DNA of 64,000 nucleotides from Selaginella moellendorffii (taxonomy: Eukaryota; Plantae; Lycopodiophyta), in assembly GCF_000143415.4 (NCBI RefSeq), contig NW_003314269.1, positions 1,867,544 to 1,931,543 of the forward strand, written 5' to 3'. This document shows, in pieces, positions 60,311 through 64,000 of the stretch (within the stretch, counting starts at the first letter, position 1; every line of letters starts with the position of its first letter). The notes below the pieces were generated by a model. That model saw only the letters and a list, made by a program, of their open reading frames with translations. It did no database searches and had not been told where the DNA came from. Made by a program: the position numbers and the translations under genes.

Positions 60311-61481
60311 TTTCGAGCTCGAGAAGAGAAATGCTAGAGGAAGAGGATGCTCGATCTATCAAATCCTCGCAGCTAGAATCGAAATGGCGAGATGCTCGAT
60401 CGATCTATCGAAATGGCGAGCTTGGAAGGAAGAGAAGAAAGGCTTGGAGAGCTTGGAAAACCTTGCTGCTTGACCTCTGGAGCGCCGCGTGGTTTTTATA
60501 CTTGGCCATCTCCTGGCGTTTAAGCGCCTAATAAACTCATCGGTTTAGTAGCTTAATGGGGGCTACGCTGGGTACAGTGAGGCTGTGCCTGGGTGTGTGT
60601 TGACGAGTGACGATTGGGAAATTTCCAGGGAATGACGGGTCTACCGGTCCGCGGACATCGCCCTGTGACGTGGCACGCGGACAGCTCGCCAGCCTGGCGC
60701 TCTGCTGGCGGGCCCGCGGCATGGGCCACGGAGTCAATCATTTCTGGTGGGCCACCGGGTTATCGCCACGTGTTGACGGCCACCGCCAGGGCTGCTACCG
60801 CGCGGTGCCGGCGGCGGGTGCCGCGCGGTACAGCGCGGTAGAATTTGGGGTTTTTGGGCTGTCAACGTCGTGTGAGCGAGCTGGGAGCCCATGCCCATCC
60901 CATGGTCAGATCAATCCAGCCGTGCAAGAGCAAGAGAATTCGGGCAAATCTGTTTGGCCTGCAAAGCACTCATTGGAGGCTTTCATTCAAGTCGATTCAT
61001 GGCGAGCTCTGCTCGGCCTGGCTTGTTGCATTGATTGATGGATCAATCACGATGCATAGACGGAGAATGGAAAGATGGGGCCCCAGACTCTGAGTAGCCA
61101 GCCCGAAATTCCAATGCACGGCAAAGGGATAGAGGAGCAATTAGAAAATCGCAGGGCTACACACGATCTTTGGTCTGGGCGAGTGTAGCGATCGCTTTCC
61201 TGCCTGAGCGGAGGAGGATGAATGAGTATCAAAGACATTAACAGCTGATTTGATGCTTCCAGCCATGGAGCAATCGGAGGAACCATTGAACTTGGCAGTT
61301 CTTCGACGGTACAAGACATGATCTCTTGTCTATGGGTCGCTTTCCACACCCAGAGGAGGAAGACGAAATCATAACCGTTGGCTTCTCGATTTGAATCTGG
61401 ACCGCTAGATGTCATATGGTTGCTGCATCCAAGGTTCGATTCCGGTTCTCGAAATTCTTGGCGTAGGGCTTTTTCGTTTGG

Positions 61482-62789
61482 ATGGATTCCATCGAGAAGG
61501 GTCCGATCGAGGGATTCTTCGTAGAATGTGGAATGCGGGCGTCTAGGATGGTCTTGGGAGTGATCGATCGCGGAGGTGAGAGGGATGTAGATTTTGAGCT
61601 ATCCTCTTGGAATCCGACCAAGGGCGATACGCTTGCGATTGTCGTCAGGGTGCCGCCTCCCAGTGATCTCTTCCAGAAGCTCAACTTGTCTCTCAGGTGA
61701 GAGAGAGAGAGAGAGAAAGAGTTTTTCCAAAGGATAATCCTTTCTACTTGTCAGGGAGATTGTTTGGGGAAATTCTTTTGTGAGCGTTACTTATGGCGGG
61801 AGTGAGATTCCAGCGTACCCGATCACCGAGGAAAAATCTATCTGGAGAGCACTGGCGCCGTCCACGCCTCTCGATGTTCCTGGACCTCGCTCGCTCGCAG
61901 TGAGCCTTGGATTTTTTTTACTTTCATATGGTTCTTTTGCTAATGGTTACAACTAATAGGTGGACGTAAGAGATGGACGACACAAGCTCTATCGTGGAAA
62001 CATACAGATTGTTGACAAGGACTATCCAGTGGAATCGATCTGGCTCAGCGATACAAAGTCTAGCATTTCTGGTAAACTTTGGTAAGCTTTTCTCTCGCCT
62101 TTGATTTAGTTCATCGTCTCACGGGTTTTCAACAGGAACTAGGAAGGAGAAAGCGGCCATGGAGGTGTTGCGACTTAGCAAAACACCTGTCCAGCATTGG
62201 TCCGGTCCCTTTAAGCTTCCAGCACAGGGAGATGTCACTACTGGATTCGGCCTCCAACGTTTCTACAACGGAGTTTTCGCTGAAAAGTAAGAAGTTTTTG
62301 TCCATGGACAGAAAAATCAAGATTGTTTTTACAGCTACTATCATCAAGGAATCGACTATGGTGCCGAAGAGGGGACTCCTGTCAAGGCACCCGCGAAGGG
62401 TCGCGTGGTTCTTGTTGGTAAGGAAGCTGATGGTTTCCAGCTTCACGGGAACTGCATTGGCCTGGACCATGGTCATGGTGTAACTTCCATCTTAATGCAT
62501 CTCTCATCGGTAGACGCCGTGTAAGCACGCTCTACACTTTCTTTTCTGTGCTGTGACATTCCTCACAGCTTCTTTTCCCTTGCAGTGAAGGAGAGATAGT
62601 GAAACAAGGCGATACCATTGGCGCCGTGGGAGAATCCGGCCTCGCAACAGGACCACATTTGCATTGGTATGAAGCATGAAGGAACTATTTTTTCAAATCC
62701 TCATCTCTTTTGCTGGAAACAGGGGCCTCCTTGTCAATGGGAAAGCCGTGGATCCCAACCAGTGGCTGGCAAAACAATGGTGGCTCTAA
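61482..62789 (+). CDS. Peptidase M23 (LytM/MepM-like), cyanobacterial type, multi-exon; true start uncertain
   Basis: Spliced reading gives GDVTTGFGLQRFYNGVFAENYYHQGIDYG...PVKAPAKGRV...HGNCIGLDHGHGVTSILMHLS...[34 protein letters not shown]. The HxxxD and HxH zinc motifs are intact. Confidence 0.88.
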
Positions 62790-63008
62790 TATACCATGGA
62801 TTTTTGTTTTGGTTGTCAATCTTTCGCAATGAATTTTAGCTTGCAAGAGAAGTTATTATTTGTTGTATTTCTCCAGCATCACTGTGCCTCGCCCAAAACT
62901 CCAATTTTTCTGCTTGAGTCTATGCCTCGGACAAAAACACCAGGATGGAGCAACAGGACGCGCTAGAGGCCGGATTATCAACGCGCTTTAGGAGTGTATG
63001 GTCACAAC

Positions 63009-63600
63009 TCAAAGCTCGTCAGCTGAATCCTGTGCATCAGCAACACTGTGCTGTTCGTTGATGTCATTGACAATATCAAGGCTGCAGTGGAGAGCCAGTG
63101 TCACTCTTGCTCTTGGTCCATATTTGCTCAGTGTTTTAACTTTTCCTTTCTTCCTTTTGTTTAAGCTCTTCTTTTGAGCCAACTTCTTCCTAAAGGCCTC
63201 AAGTGTTCCTTGAATTTCTATTAAGATATTCCTTGATCTTTTAGATTCCTTGACTTTAGATCTCAATTCTAATGGTTTGTGAATGGTCTGCTATATAGTT
63301 ACAAGGCTTCTGGAATGCAGAGACAGCATCACCGCCACAAGCCTTTCTGCAAAAAATGGTGAGTTCGCTTACCTCTGGACTTCCTCTAAGTTCTCGTCAC
63401 GTGTACAGCACCACCAGTGCCAAGCGATGATCCTGATTCACATTGAAAGAGGTGGAGCTCATGGCCATCCCAGTGCCAACATCTGGTGTCTTGCAGCTCC
63501 TCTCAAAGTTCCAAGCCAAGGGACTGTCTGCCCAAGACCTGATAACAACATCTGTCGGCCACAACATTGGCCAGGCACATGAGGGGATGTGAAAATTGCT
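63009..63600 (-). CDS. Possible 3' exon(s) of an unidentified gene or pseudogene
   Basis: Lys-rich coiled-coil-like 85-aa frame at 63009-63266 and a donor-like GGTAAG at ~63373; no recognisable domain. Confidence 0.25.
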
Positions 63601-64000
63601 CCGAGGCAACTAATTAAGTGCCAAGACGAAAAATTCTGAATAACTACTTTTGTGAGGTGCAAGTGTGCTATCACAATGATATAATTTGGTATTGCTAATT
63701 ATTTTGTTAGTCTAAAATTAATTGAGAAATAAATCATCAAATGTGTACTTGGCTAGAAGATAAAATTTTTAAGTGCTATTAATCAAATATTATTGACTTC
63801 ATTTAAATAACTCATTTATTGTTTTCACTTTCTTGTTCCGGATAAACTCAATCACTCAATATCAACTTATGATAAATTATTATATTCATTAGCACATTTC
63901 CTCTGAGTTAGTTATACTGTAGTTATATTAGTTATTTATAAAAAGTGACTGGAATTGCCAATTATGCATATTTATGGAGTATATTCTGAAGACAAAAGTG

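Noticed and set aside
55611-60362. Long antisense or alternative-frame ORFs over eIF3c and EXORDIUM (311, 228 and 338 aa)
   Set aside because: Expected shadows of GC3-rich coding sequence.

Overview
Eukaryotic land-plant DNA, most likely a Selaginella-like lycophyte. This is inferred from ~50-bp introns, the style of the PLS-PPR genes and a cyanobacterial-type M23 peptidase. The first ~53 kb is a nest of transposons around a frameshifted PPR gene and a MiAMP1-like antimicrobial peptide gene. The nest includes a decayed chromovirus, two Ty3/gypsy families with identifiable LTR/PBS/PPT/TSDs, a complete PIF/Harbinger element (18164-21876) and an unclassified decayed repeat. The last ~9 kb is gene-rich: eIF3c, an EXORDIUM/PHI-1 gene and an M23 peptidase. 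The standout is a 13.7-kb DNA transposon (29768-43458) with 24-bp TIRs and a 4-bp ATTT TSD, confirmed by a paralogous empty site in this window. It encodes a Sola-like DDE transposase and, divergently, a multi-exon protein with a ParB/Srx-like domain and a degenerate DNA amino-methyltransferase-like fold, followed by a NIF/FCP1-type HAD phosphatase. The element carries ~25 copies of a 22-bp palindrome (ATGGCRTG-N6-CAYGCCAT), many inside introns. I did not see this motif outside the element. It suggests a parS-like or VANC-like cis-site/trans-factor system. All family assignments are motif recognition by eye, not database results.
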